From Candidatus Poribacteria bacterium (GTDB lineage: Bacteria; Poribacteria; WGA-4E; PCPOR2b), in contig OZ242326.1 of NCBI GenBank assembly GCA_965208325.1, positions 864,001 through 928,000 of the forward strand: DNA of 64,000 nt. Direction: 5' to 3'. The translations under genes were made by a program, and so were the position numbers. Positions 22,224 through 32,585 of the stretch are shown here, one piece after another; the first letter of the stretch is position 1, and every line of letters starts with the position of its first letter. The notes below the pieces were generated by a model that worked only from the letters and a program-made list of their open reading frames with translations, did not search any database and was not told the DNA's origin.

Positions 22224-22420
22224 CTGTAATTTGATATCAATCGGTTTGGATTTCCAAGCCCTCATTGATAGAACCTGCCTATCCGCGGTAACAATACAAT
22301 GTGTGAACCATCTCATTGACAAATACTAATTTTCGTAATTATTGCATAATCGAATTAATTTGAGCCAGAGATGTTTGATGTTCATGATTACCATTCACGG
22401 AAAGTTGCCGTAGCCGTAGG

Positions 22421-22474
22421 GGATCAACCGAGTGAATAGCGAGGGATCAACCGACCGAATAGGGAGGGCGATAG
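22421..22474 (+). repeat. Partial plus full tandem copy of the 31-bp dispersed repeat
   Basis: ggatcaaccgagtgaatagcgag followed by ggatcaaccgaccgaatagggagggcgatag. Confidence 0.75.
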
Positions 22475-22703
22475 TCTTACCTCAACACACCTCCTGTGGG
22501 AGCGTCCTCCCGGACGCGATAATCCCCGAATATTGAGGAAAGGATGCCTCTCCCACCGAGGACATTACGGCGAATATCAAAAATGTGCCGCCCTAAAAAA
22601 CTAGCACCAAAGGTTTTGAAGACATTTACAGGAATGTGGGAAGGCTGCCATTGAAATTCTTTAATCGCATGTACCCGCACATAGAGAAAAAGAGGATTAA
22701 ACA

Positions 22704-23603
22704 ATGCGAGTTTTTGTTACGGGCGGCACCGGATATATCGGCAGCGCCGTTGTATCGGAACTTGTCAAGGGGTCTCACCAGGTAACCGGACTCGCCAGAT
22801 CGGCGGACAAGGAGACCGAACTGGCGGATCTTGGAGTCGCACCGGTGCGAGGCGATTTGAGAGACGTTTACGGCTTCAGGGACCTCGCGGCGGAACACGA
22901 CGCCATCATTCATATCGGCTTTGAACGCAGCCCGGAAGGCTACGCCGCCGACCGCGCAGTCATGGAAGCGCTCCTCGCCGCCGCAAACGCCGCGTCCGGC
23001 GCCCGCCATGTAATCTATACCTCCGGTCTGTGGGTACTCGGCACCGTCAGCCAAGACCCCGTGGATGAAGATGCTACGACAGAACAGCCGGTTCCACTCG
23101 TCGCCTGGCGCCCGCCGCACGAAAGGCTGGTGTTGGACGCCGATTCGGAATCGGTGACTACATCAATTATCCGCCCGGGAATGGTTTATGGCGGAGACGG
23201 CGGAATCTTAGAGTCGTACTTCATTTCGGCGGATAAGGGCGAGCCGGTTGTTCATGTTGGCGAGGGGGTTAACCGCTTCTGCTTTGTGCACCGCGAGGAC
23301 CTGGCGGAGCTATACCGGCTCGTCGTAGAGAAACGGGCAGCCGGCATCTTCCACGGGATTGATGATGCATTTATCACAATTTCCGATGCGGCGCGCGCCG
23401 TTAGCCAAGCCGCAGGCAAAGGCAGCCCGGTACATAGCCAGCCGCTCGAAGACGCGCGGGATGAGATGGGATTGTTCGCCGATGCGCTCTGCACCGATCA
23501 GGCGGTGGTTGCGCGCCGTTCCCGTGAACTTGGTTGGCAGCCGCGTCATCCCCCGTTTCCCGAAAGCGCCCGCGCAGCCTATCGTGAGTGGAAAGAAAGT
23601 TAA
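22704..23603 (+). CDS. NAD-dependent epimerase/dehydratase family (atypical SDR)
   Basis: VFVTGGTGYIG, IYTSG, IRPGMVYG, VHREDLA, ELGWQP; GAGGA RBS. Confidence 0.88.
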   Translation: MRVFVTGGTGYIGSAVVSELVKGSHQVTGLARSADKETELADLGVAPVRGDLRDVYGFRDLAAEHDAIIHIGFERSPEGYAADRAVMEALLAAANAASGARHVIYTSGLWVLGTVSQDPVDEDATTEQPVPLVAWRPPHERLVLDADSESVTTSIIRPGMVYGGDGGILESYFISADKGEPVVHVGEGVNRFCFVHREDLAELYRLVVEKRAAGIFHGIDDAFITISDAARAVSQAAGKGSPVHSQPLEDARDEMGLFADALCTDQAVVARRSRELGWQPRHPPFPESARAAYREWKES

Positions 23604-23724
23604 ACTATTTGGGAGTTACGCACTTCAATAGTGAACAACGATCGATGTTCATTACGAAATGGAGAAAATACTGGGGCATTACCCTTGAAATTGTCGCGCC
23701 CTGTGGCGATGAATCTCCTGTAAA

Positions 23725-23824
23725 GTAGTAGGCACACTCCGTGTGCCGTAAGTTACAAATGCTGCTTAACGGCCGGATGGCGGCATCGGGACGAGGTTTA
23801 CGGCACACGGAGTGTGCCTACTAC
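23725..23824. repeat. REPIN-like element: perfect 27-bp inverted repeats, each a GTAG-led hairpin
   Basis: GTAGTAGGCACACTCCGTGTGCCGTAA at 23725-23751 and its exact reverse complement at 23798-23824. Confidence 0.85.
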
Positions 23825-24114
23825 GATGCCTTGCGCGTTCAACTGCTTACGTCCTATCCAATTTGAATTTTTGGCATGCGCGAATTCCTTGGGCTAAGGC
23901 GTATCAACATTTTGATGTTGCGAATGGGTCAATTGACCGTGTGATTTGCCAAAAACCCAAACTGTGTGAGAAGTCCCACCTAGTGGGCAACCGCGAGCGT
24001 TGCTCCAATGTAGTGGCAGGTCTTGTGCCTGACCAAAAACCTCGAAATCGAGATGCGTTAAACTAGTGTCAACAGAATCTAATACAGCCCAATAAAATAC
24101 AAAAGGAGCAATCT

Positions 24115-25008
24115 ATGAGATTTGTATCTTTCGCAACCGACGGCGGCTCACATTATGGTATTTTAAAAGATGACCGCGTCCTCGACTTAACAGTGGCGGG
24201 CGGCGCAGACCTTCCCAGCGACATGCTCGGTTTAATTGACCTTGGGGCTTCCGGAATTGCACGTGCGCAGCAAGTGGCGGACCAGTCACCGGACTCGGCG
24301 TGGCAGCCGCTCGATTCATCCAAATTGCTCGCGCCTATCCCGGTCCCCCGCCGCAACGTGTTCTGCATAGGCATGAACTACGCCGCCCACGCAGCCGAAG
24401 GCGCTTTGGCGAGGGGCGTAGAGCCTTCACTTCCCACAGTACCGGTTTTCTTCACAAAAACCACGACCGCGGTCACGGGACCATATTCGGATGTCCCGTT
24501 CGATGCCGCCGTATCCGATCAGATTGACTGGGAAGTCGAATTGGCGGTCATCATCGGCGGGCGCGGGAAGAACATCTCGCCGGAATCGGCGATGGACTAC
24601 GTCTTCGGGTATACCGTCGTCAACGACCTCTCGGCTCGAGATTTACAATTCAGCCATAACCAGTTCTTTAAGGGCAAGAGCCTGGACGGCGCGTGTCCGA
24701 TGGGACCGTGCATTGTGACCGCGGACGAGATTTCAGACCCCCATGCACTCGACGTGCGCTGCACTGTCAACGGCGTCCTCAAGCAGGAGTCCAACACATC
24801 CGATCTCATCTTCGACATCCCGGCGACCATTGACTGGCTTTCGCGCGGGTTGACGATTCAACCGGGCGATGTCATCTCCACCGGCACCCCCAGCGGCGTC
24901 GGCTTCGCACGAACACCGCCGGAATTCCTGTTCCCCGGCGATGTCGTCGAATGCGAAGTCGAGGAAATCGGAATTATAAAAAATCGGATGATTGATGTTG
25001 GTGGATGA
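24115..25008 (+). CDS. Fumarylacetoacetate hydrolase family protein
   Basis: CIGMNYAAH, DWEVEL, NDLSARD, GKS, TGTPSGVG; AAGGAG RBS. Confidence 0.92.
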   Translation: MRFVSFATDGGSHYGILKDDRVLDLTVAGGADLPSDMLGLIDLGASGIARAQQVADQSPDSAWQPLDSSKLLAPIPVPRRNVFCIGMNYAAHAAEGALARGVEPSLPTVPVFFTKTTTAVTGPYSDVPFDAAVSDQIDWEVELAVIIGGRGKNISPESAMDYVFGYTVVNDLSARDLQFSHNQFFKGKSLDGACPMGPCIVTADEISDPHALDVRCTVNGVLKQESNTSDLIFDIPATIDWLSRGLTIQPGDVISTGTPSGVGFARTPPEFLFPGDVVECEVEEIGIIKNRMIDVGG

Positions 25009-25081
25009 ACATCTCCTCTCCCGACTACTACATAATCAACATTAAATCTTTCATCACGCTAAGCGAATTCAGGTATTGGCA

Positions 25082-27961
25082 ATGAGGAAATCGGTCACAC
25101 CCGTCCCCAATCCCCAGCAACAGAAGGCGATTCGGACAACAGAAGGGCCGCTGCTCATTATTGCTGGTCCTGGATCTGGAAAGACCTTTACGCTTGTTGA
25201 GCGTATCAATCTCTTAATTTCGCAAAAGGGAATTCCGCCGGAATCGCTCTTCGTCGCAACTTTTACTGAAAAAGCCGCGGCCGAACTGATCAGTCGAATC
25301 TCACTAAAATTGGATTCCGCCAAAATCACCGCCAATCTGAACGAGATGTACATTGGCACCTTCCACTCCATCTGTCTTCGATTTCTTGAGGAACACCGTA
25401 GATTTACCCGCCTGGCGCGCAACTTCACCTTATTAGATCAATTCGATCAGCAGTATTTTCTTTATCAGCGCTTGTCTGACTATCAGGCGATTGAGGGAAG
25501 TGAGCATATTTTGGATAATCCAAGAGCTACATGGTGGGGTAAGGCGGAAAATCTTATGAAATGGGTGAACAAGGTGAGCGAGGAGGCGCTTGCCCCGGAA
25601 GATTTGCTTGATGCCGACGAGCCTGAAGTTCAAGCGCTTGGACGCTGTTATCAACAGTATCAGGCACATCTCGAAGCCGAAAACTGCCTTGATTTTTCCA
25701 CGATTCAAGTTGAGGCGTTGCGTCTGCTCGACCAATACCCGGAGGTACTTGACGAGATTCGCACTAAGATTCAGTATTTGATGATCGATGAGTTTCAGGA
25801 CACCAACACCGTTCAAGAAATCATCCTGTTCAAACTTGCCGAACCGAACTACAATCTCTGCGTTGTAGGTGACGATGACCAAGGACTTTACCGATTTCGG
25901 GGCGCGACGATACGTAACATTCTCCAATTCCCGCAGCGGTTCCCGCCGGGAGATTGCCAGCAAGTCAAACTCACGACCAACTACCGATCGCACCCGGATG
26001 TCATCGGTTTTTACAACGATTGGATGGATAGCCTTGATTGGTCCGAGGACGGCAAAACTTTCCGCTATGAGAAAACAATTGTTGAAAACTCGGAACGAGA
26101 ATTCACGGAGGTGCCGGCCGTGCTGAAGGTCTCAGGTGAATTAGACTCTGAGAACTGGCACGAGGAAGTCCTTGCGTTCCTTCGCCACCTAAAAGGCAAC
26201 GGTTCATTGACGGATTGGAATCAGGTCGCATTCCTTTTTCGATCGGTGCGGAATGAGAAAGTCGTTGCACTCGCAGGCGCGTTGGAGGAAAACGGAATTC
26301 CCGTCTATTCCCCGCGATCTAATCTGTTCTTCGACCGGGCAGAAATTCGCCTCATGATCGGCGCGTTAATTTTCCTCTTCCCCCAATTTGAAAATGTTCG
26401 GAAGTGGAATAAAGACGCTTCGCTTGATATCTGGAACTATTACGATGACGACTGTTTTCGGGATTTTGCTGACGAACTCCGCAAGCCAGACAATAAGTCT
26501 ATGTTGGCGTGGTGCAGAAGGCGAGCAAAAGCGCATCTCCACCTGATAGAGTCGACAGACTATGCCTTCTCTGGGCTGTTCTACGAATTGTTGCAGTTTC
26601 CACTATTCAGTCAATACCTTGGCGAAGCTACGCAAGGCGGAGCAATAGACACCCGTCCTGCCCGAAACTTGGCAATTTTATCCCAACTCCTCAGCAAGTA
26701 TGAGTATCTGCATCACATCAACGTCTTAACGCCTGATTATCTGAACACGAATCTACGCAGGTTGTTCAATCGTTATTTTCGATTCCTTAAAGAGGGTGGG
26801 ATTGAAGAATTCGAGGATGCGTCTGATTATGCGCCAACAGGCTGCGTCTCCTTCATGACGATTCATCAGTCTAAAGGGTTGGAATTTCCGGTTGTATTAG
26901 TAGGCTCAATGGAAGCCAGACCTTACAAGCAACACACGGACCTTGATGCTGTGCTCCAGCGGAATTACTATAGAAAGCCGCCGTTTGAACCATTGGAGAA
27001 TACCAAAAGCTATGACTTCTGGCGACTTTTTTACACGGCATTTTCCCGAGCACAAAATCTACTAATTCTCACCTGTCAGGAACGAAAGGGGCGGTGGCCT
27101 GCTCCATCTGGATATCTCAGCGATTCCTACGCTCAAACCTGCGCATGGCGGGACCCCGCATTTCAATCACAAAACCTCACACTTGAAACAATCAGGGAAG
27201 TATCTCTAAAGCATGAGTATTCATTCACGTCCCATATCACCCTATATGAGAACTGCGCGCGGCAATACAAATTCTACCGCGACCTCCAGTTTGCCCCAAT
27301 TCGGCGGAACCCAATCCTCTTCGGGGTCGTGGTACATCAGACTATTGAGGACATCCACAAAGCCGTTCTACGAGGCGAAGAAAACAGTGTCACTGATGAA
27401 CAAATTTCGCGCTGGTTCAACGCCAACTATACTCACCTGTCTCGTCAAGAACGCCTTTATTTAAGCGCGGGCGGCCAAAATGCCGCCTTGGAACACGTCC
27501 TGAGATATGCTCACCGTGAGCGCAGAACATGGGATCGCCTTCGCGAAACAGAGGTCAAGGTTTCCGTTGTGAAGGACACCTACTTTTTAACCGGACATGT
27601 GGACTTAATCCGCGGCGAAGACGAGTCAATGGAAATTGTGGATTTTAAGTCGGAACGTAAACCTGACCTATTTGGCGAACGCGAGACGTTAGACCGCTAC
27701 CGGCGTCAACTCGAAGTCTATGCCCACATTGTAGAAGGACGCACCGGGCACAAGATTAGTAGAATGCACCTCTACTACACAGGAGAGGACAATAGTAATC
27801 CTTATGTCAGTTTTGACAAGAATCCGCGCTCAATTAATCGCACGATGGCAGCCTTTGACGATGTCGTTGAGCGTATCGAAGCAAAAAATTTCGAGATATC
27901 GGGACGTCCGGAGAAACTGTGCAAGAATTGTGACATGAAGGCATATTGTGATGCGATATAG
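25082..27961 (+). CDS. UvrD/PcrA-type SF1 helicase fused to a C-terminal RecB-like PD-(D/E)xK nuclease
   Basis: AGPGSGKT, DEFQD, GDDDQGLYRFRGA, NYRS, TIHQSKGLEF, YTAFSRA; nuclease GHVDL, VDFKS, QLEVY; Cys pattern C...CxxC-x5-C. Confidence 0.9.
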   Translation: MRKSVTPVPNPQQQKAIRTTEGPLLIIAGPGSGKTFTLVERINLLISQKGIPPESLFVATFTEKAAAELISRISLKLDSAKITANLNEMYIGTFHSICLRFLEEHRRFTRLARNFTLLDQFDQQYFLYQRLSDYQAIEGSEHILDNPRATWWGKAENLMKWVNKVSEEALAPEDLLDADEPEVQALGRCYQQYQAHLEAENCLDFSTIQVEALRLLDQYPEVLDEIRTKIQYLMIDEFQDTNTVQEIILFKLAEPNYNLCVVGDDDQGLYRFRGATIRNILQFPQRFPPGDCQQVKLTTNYRSHPDVIGFYNDWMDSLDWSEDGKTFRYEKTIVENSEREFTEVPAVLKVSGELDSENWHEEVLAFLRHLKGNGSLTDWNQVAFLFRSVRNEKVVALAGALEENGIPVYSPRSNLFFDRAEIRLMIGALIFLFPQFENVRKWNKDASLDIWNYYDDDCFRDFADELRKPDNKSMLAWCRRRAKAHLHLIESTDYAFSGLFYELLQFPLFSQYLGEATQGGAIDTRPARNLAILSQLLSKYEYLHHINVLTPDYLNTNLRRLFNRYFRFLKEGGIEEFEDASDYAPTGCVSFMTIHQSKGLEFPVVLVGSMEARPYKQHTDLDAVLQRNYYRKPPFEPLENTKSYDFWRLFYTAFSRAQNLLILTCQERKGRWPAPSGYLSDSYAQTCAWRDPAFQSQNLTLETIREVSLKHEYSFTSHITLYENCARQYKFYRDLQFAPIRRNPILFGVVVHQTIEDIHKAVLRGEENSVTDEQISRWFNANYTHLSRQERLYLSAGGQNAALEHVLRYAHRERRTWDRLRETEVKVSVVKDTYFLTGHVDLIRGEDESMEIVDFKSERKPDLFGERETLDRYRRQLEVYAHIVEGRTGHKISRMHLYYTGEDNSNPYVSFDKNPRSINRTMAAFDDVVERIEAKNFEISGRPEKLCKNCDMKAYCDAI

Positions 27962-28001
27962 CAAGAGATTCAAATCGACGCAAGACGCAAGGAGAAGATT
28001 C

Positions 28002-29918
28002 ATGGAAACACAATCCCATCTCAAAATTTTAGAACCTATTAATTCTGTTGAATCATACGAATTTGAGCCTATTCAGGGTTACCCCATGCTCAACTGGAAA
28101 GGTAAACGCCCTTTCCGATCCACACAATACTATCCAGCCCAACTTAAAGAGACGTATGGTGAGGAAGTAGAGGGTTGGCAAAACAAAATATACTGGGGCG
28201 ATAACTTGCAGGTAATGAGCCATTTACTTAAAACCTTTCGGGGCAGGATAAACTTGATTTACATTGATCCCCCGTTTGATTCAAAGGCAGACTACAAGAA
28301 GCAAATAGAACTTAAGGGAAAGAAAGTTGAGAACGATAAAAGTGCATTTGAAGAGAAACAATACACTGACATTTGGACGAATGATGAGTATTTACAATTC
28401 ATGTATGAGCGATTAATCTTGATGAAAGAATTGTTGGCAGATGATGGGACGATATATGTTCATTCTGACTGGCGAATGAATAGTTACCTTCAATTGGTTT
28501 TAAATGAGGTGTTTGGGAAGAGTAATTTTCTTAACTTGATAACATGGCGACGGCAAATAGTCCGCGGGATGAAAAAATACGCACGATTCATGCCATTCAG
28601 TTCGGATTACATTTATCTCTATGCAAAAGACAAAAGCAAAGCGATTTGGAACAAAATCGAAAAAGTTAATGCTATCTCATTGAAAAAGGCCGAACAAAAA
28701 TATAAGAAAGATGATAAAGGATTCTTCCGAACTTCCGACCGCGGGACATACTCGGACGAGAGCATCATTCAACTCTATAAGGAAGGACGAATTCATGTCA
28801 CGCACGGTGGAAAATTCCAGATAAAGGAGGGCAAGGTGTCGGTATCAGCCGGCAAAATTGGCATCAAATATTACCGCGAAACAGTTGGTGATAAAGTCCT
28901 TGAAAAAACGGTTTTTGATAATCTATGGGATGATATATCTGGATTGGGTATTACTCCCCACGAATATCTTGATTACCCAACCCAAAAACCCGAAGCACTG
29001 CTCGAACGTATAATCAAAGCCTCGTCCAATCCCACCGACATCGTCTTGGACTGCTTCATGGGCAGCGGCACGACGCAAGCGGTCGCTATGAAACTTGGCC
29101 GTCGCTTCATTGGGGCAGACATCAACCTCGGTGCCGTGGAAACTGCGACAAAGCGTCTCCTGATTGTTGCAGCATCGCTAAAGGAAAAAACGGCACAAAG
29201 GCGAATTGAAGAAACCCTAATCCACTTTTCGGGATTTGAAGTGTATAACGTCAACCACTATGATGTATTCCGAAATCCCGTTGAGGCGAAAGACCTGTTG
29301 ATAGAGGCATTAGAGATACAACCTCTGCCAAACGGCGGTATTTTCGATGGCGAAAAGGACGGGCGCATGGTGAAAATCATGCCAATCAATCGAATTTCAA
29401 CCCGAGCAGACCTCAACGAACTAATCGCGGGATTTAACTACCAAACATTTGAAAGGCGTCAGGAAGAAAATCCAGATGCTCCGGTCGAAAAGCTATTACT
29501 GGTCTGCATGGGCCACGAACCTGGCCTCGCCGCAGCACTGCAAAACGAAGTACCTCACAAACTTGACATAGAAATAATGGATGTTTTGCGCGATAAATCC
29601 CGACTAGAGTTCAAGCGTGAATCCGAAGCGAAGATTGTTCGTAACAACGGATACCTAATCATAGAGCAATTCTACCCGATGAACCTTCTTCAAAAGTTGA
29701 GCCTGATAGAGGAAAACGTCGCTGATTGGCGCGAACTGGTGGAATCTGTAAAGGTTGACTTCAACTACGACGGCGGGGTGATGAACCCATTAGTGGTCGA
29801 TCTGGCGAAAGAACATCAACTAGTTGAGGGCACTTACCCCATTCCAGAAGACGCGGGCACAATCCGAGTTAAAATCACCGATTTGCTGTCAGAATCTTTG
29901 GAAAAGACAGTGGAATAG
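28002..29918 (+). CDS. mod: Beta-class amino-methyltransferase, type III R-M Mod-like
   Basis: YIDPPF precedes YPTQKP and DCFMGSGTT; start ATG 28002 after AAGGAG (alternative GTG 27948 overlaps the helicase). Confidence 0.88.
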   Translation: METQSHLKILEPINSVESYEFEPIQGYPMLNWKGKRPFRSTQYYPAQLKETYGEEVEGWQNKIYWGDNLQVMSHLLKTFRGRINLIYIDPPFDSKADYKKQIELKGKKVENDKSAFEEKQYTDIWTNDEYLQFMYERLILMKELLADDGTIYVHSDWRMNSYLQLVLNEVFGKSNFLNLITWRRQIVRGMKKYARFMPFSSDYIYLYAKDKSKAIWNKIEKVNAISLKKAEQKYKKDDKGFFRTSDRGTYSDESIIQLYKEGRIHVTHGGKFQIKEGKVSVSAGKIGIKYYRETVGDKVLEKTVFDNLWDDISGLGITPHEYLDYPTQKPEALLERIIKASSNPTDIVLDCFMGSGTTQAVAMKLGRRFIGADINLGAVETATKRLLIVAASLKEKTAQRRIEETLIHFSGFEVYNVNHYDVFRNPVEAKDLLIEALEIQPLPNGGIFDGEKDGRMVKIMPINRISTRADLNELIAGFNYQTFERRQEENPDAPVEKLLLVCMGHEPGLAAALQNEVPHKLDIEIMDVLRDKSRLEFKRESEAKIVRNNGYLIIEQFYPMNLLQKLSLIEENVADWRELVESVKVDFNYDGGVMNPLVVDLAKEHQLVEGTYPIPEDAGTIRVKITDLLSESLEKTVE

Positions 29919-29936
29919 CGACTTATAGGGGAAAAA

Positions 29937-32540
29937 ATGGCACGAATTGCGCGAACACAGATTAATCTCGATTTCGCCTTCTTCACCTACCTACGCATCT
30001 TTTATACTGAGAACCGCGGGCGAATTCGCAATCACTTTCGAGATCTATCTAAAAAATTCCTAGATTTCAACACCCCTGAATCAGGGGCGTTTTTGCGCGA
30101 ACCGCAGTTTGAGGCGTTAGAGATGTACATTTTCCTTAAGGAATATCTAGGTAACCGACACGTTCACGAGATTTTCACTGACTGGTACACAAAACAAAAC
30201 GGGTTTGAAGGGCGGTCAACTCTTGGTATCGAACAGCTTGAACTGCTTGGAGAACTCAATACGACGCAATACGAGGCTGTATTCCGCTATATTAGAAAAT
30301 CTGGAAATCGAAATTATGCGAATTATATTTTTGCGCTTCCAATGGGTACGGGCAAGACGATTCTCATGGCAACCTGTATCTTCTACGAGTTTCTGCTCGC
30401 CAATAAATTTCCGAAAGATCCAAAATATTGTCGTAATGCCCTTGTCTTCGCACCCGATCGAACGGTGTTACAGTCTCTCAAAGAGATTCAGACCTTCGAC
30501 ATGACAAAAGTTATACCGCATGAATACTTCAATTTCCTTTCACGCCACATCCAATTCCACTTCCTTGAAGAAGCCGGAACTACACTCTCTACAATGGACC
30601 GCTCGCAATTCAACATTATCATCTCCAATGCGCAGAAGATAATACTCAAAAAGCAACACACTGAGAAAAGTGCCAGTGAACGCTTGTTTAAGAGCGGAGC
30701 ACCGACTTACAAACCGGGAAGCGTCTACGACCAATTTTCAGGTCTCTACAATTTTGACACGCCCGAAGATGAGAACGAATTAACAACCAATCAGCGATTT
30801 CAGAAACTGACAAGGCTTGAACAACTCGCAATCTTTGTCGACGAGGCACATCATGCGTTCGGCAGTAAACTGGCAAGGGACATGGGGCTTCAGAAGTCAA
30901 AGACCAGTCTGCGGCTTACCATTGATGAACTTGCGGCAAGTTTGGAGCGTGCGGGAACGCGCGTCTGCGCCTGCTACAATTTCACGGGTACACCATACGT
31001 CGGGCAACAGGTCTTACCCGAAGTAGTTTACGGGTACGGGTTAAAAGAAGCAATTGACAAAGGATTCTTGAAAAAAGTTAGGCTTCATACCTACACCAAT
31101 CCTAAAGACTCGGAGTTTGTGCGACTGACGATTAAGGATTTCTGGGACAATCATCGTGGATTACGACATGAAGGGATGTTGCCGAAACTCGCACTATTTT
31201 CATCCACAATCGACGAGTTAAAGAACGATCTTCGCCCCGCTGTTGAATCGGCGTTAAGCGAGTTTGGTGTGCCGCTCTCTAGCATCCTTGTTAATGTGGG
31301 AGATTCAAAGCTGACATCCAACGATGAACTCCGCGAGTTTATTAACCTTGACACCCAATCATCCGAAAAACAGTTTATCTTGTTAGTCAATAAAGGAAAA
31401 GAAGGATGGAACTGCCGATCGCTGTTTGGCGTGGCACTTTACCGGAGACCGAAATCCAAAATTTTTGTTCTACAAGCCAGTATGCGATGCTTACGGCAGA
31501 TTGGCGAAGACCAGCAAACTGGACACATTTATCTTTCCGCAGAGAATGCTCAGATTCTTGATGACGAGTTGCAGCAAAACTTCCGCGTGTCCGTCAATGA
31601 AATTCATAACTTCGGTGTTGAAAAATTAAATTATAAGGTACGAGTTAACAAACCGCCCGTGAACGTGACGCTCAAACGCATCAGAAAGTTGCACCAGCTG
31701 GTAGAAAAGCAATCCCAGAACGGGCTGTGTTTGGAGCTCGATCAGATAGACACAGAAAAGTATCGCTTAATACACGAAGAAAGTGAAGGGCTGGCGGCTC
31801 CTCACCCGATTCTAACGGAGGACCTATCCGAATACAAGTTAAAGCGAGATTTCAGTCAGTTGACGCTGTGTGCGGAAATTTCTCGCTACCTAAATCGATC
31901 TCCGCTGAAAATTGAGGAAATGCTGACGAATACAGAAGAAGGGATGCAAAGGATTCTGTCGAATGTCAATGAGTTTAATGAACTACTTTACGACTGGATA
32001 ATTCCACGAATTTTTAAGGCATTATATGATTTGCAGGAATTTGAAAATCACGAATCAGAAGAAATTGAATTGGTTAAGGAGCCCGAGGAGGGGTACTACA
32101 CTGTTCGGGCGACGCCTAACCTTGTTTTTACAGATAACAACACTGAAGTAATACAGCACCGGCGAAAGAGTTTTCACTTGGACACCTACGCTTTTGACTC
32201 CAACCCTGAAAAGGCTTTATTTTGGTCACTGCTGCGGGCTGGAAAAGTTAAAAAAGTGTATTTCACAGGAATGCTGACGCATGGGCAATCAGATTTTTAC
32301 ATCCAATACATTGACCCAGAATCGCATGCAGTCAGGCGATATTATCCCGATTTCCTCATGCGGAAGGATGACGACTCATGGGTCATCGTCGAAGTAAAGG
32401 GTGACAATATGGTTGACGACCAGATAGTTCAGGCAAAAGCTGCGGCTACCTATCAGCGAGCAAATGCAAGTCGCATGACATACAAAATCATTAAGGGCAG
32501 CGATGCTCAGGCGGGAAGATATAGTTCATTGTTGGAATAG
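29937..32540 (+). CDS. res: Type III R-M Res-like SF2 helicase with a C-terminal PD-(D/E)xK nuclease
   Basis: LREPQ Q-tip, PMGTGKT, VDEAHH, FTGTP, KEGWN, QASMRCLR, YYPDF..IVEVKG. Confidence 0.85.
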   Translation: MARIARTQINLDFAFFTYLRIFYTENRGRIRNHFRDLSKKFLDFNTPESGAFLREPQFEALEMYIFLKEYLGNRHVHEIFTDWYTKQNGFEGRSTLGIEQLELLGELNTTQYEAVFRYIRKSGNRNYANYIFALPMGTGKTILMATCIFYEFLLANKFPKDPKYCRNALVFAPDRTVLQSLKEIQTFDMTKVIPHEYFNFLSRHIQFHFLEEAGTTLSTMDRSQFNIIISNAQKIILKKQHTEKSASERLFKSGAPTYKPGSVYDQFSGLYNFDTPEDENELTTNQRFQKLTRLEQLAIFVDEAHHAFGSKLARDMGLQKSKTSLRLTIDELAASLERAGTRVCACYNFTGTPYVGQQVLPEVVYGYGLKEAIDKGFLKKVRLHTYTNPKDSEFVRLTIKDFWDNHRGLRHEGMLPKLALFSSTIDELKNDLRPAVESALSEFGVPLSSILVNVGDSKLTSNDELREFINLDTQSSEKQFILLVNKGKEGWNCRSLFGVALYRRPKSKIFVLQASMRCLRQIGEDQQTGHIYLSAENAQILDDELQQNFRVSVNEIHNFGVEKLNYKVRVNKPPVNVTLKRIRKLHQLVEKQSQNGLCLELDQIDTEKYRLIHEESEGLAAPHPILTEDLSEYKLKRDFSQLTLCAEISRYLNRSPLKIEEMLTNTEEGMQRILSNVNEFNELLYDWIIPRIFKALYDLQEFENHESEEIELVKEPEEGYYTVRATPNLVFTDNNTEVIQHRRKSFHLDTYAFDSNPEKALFWSLLRAGKVKKVYFTGMLTHGQSDFYIQYIDPESHAVRRYYPDFLMRKDDDSWVIVEVKGDNMVDDQIVQAKAAATYQRANASRMTYKIIKGSDAQAGRYSSLLE

Positions 32541-32585
32541 GGCATAATCGCAAACATTAAGAGTTCGGGGTCGTTCTTTTTGGCA

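Noticed and set aside
19068..24081. Possible CRISPR array from recurring ~30-bp repeats
   Set aside because: Copies are dispersed or inverted, not regularly spaced direct repeats with unique spacers; no cas genes
27200..27961. Cas4 gene
   Set aside because: The Cas4-like Cys/nuclease pattern is the C-terminal domain of a UvrD fusion, with no CRISPR context
28002..29918. Phase-variable simple sequence repeat in mod
   Set aside because: No long homopolymer or short tandem tract seen in the gene or its leader
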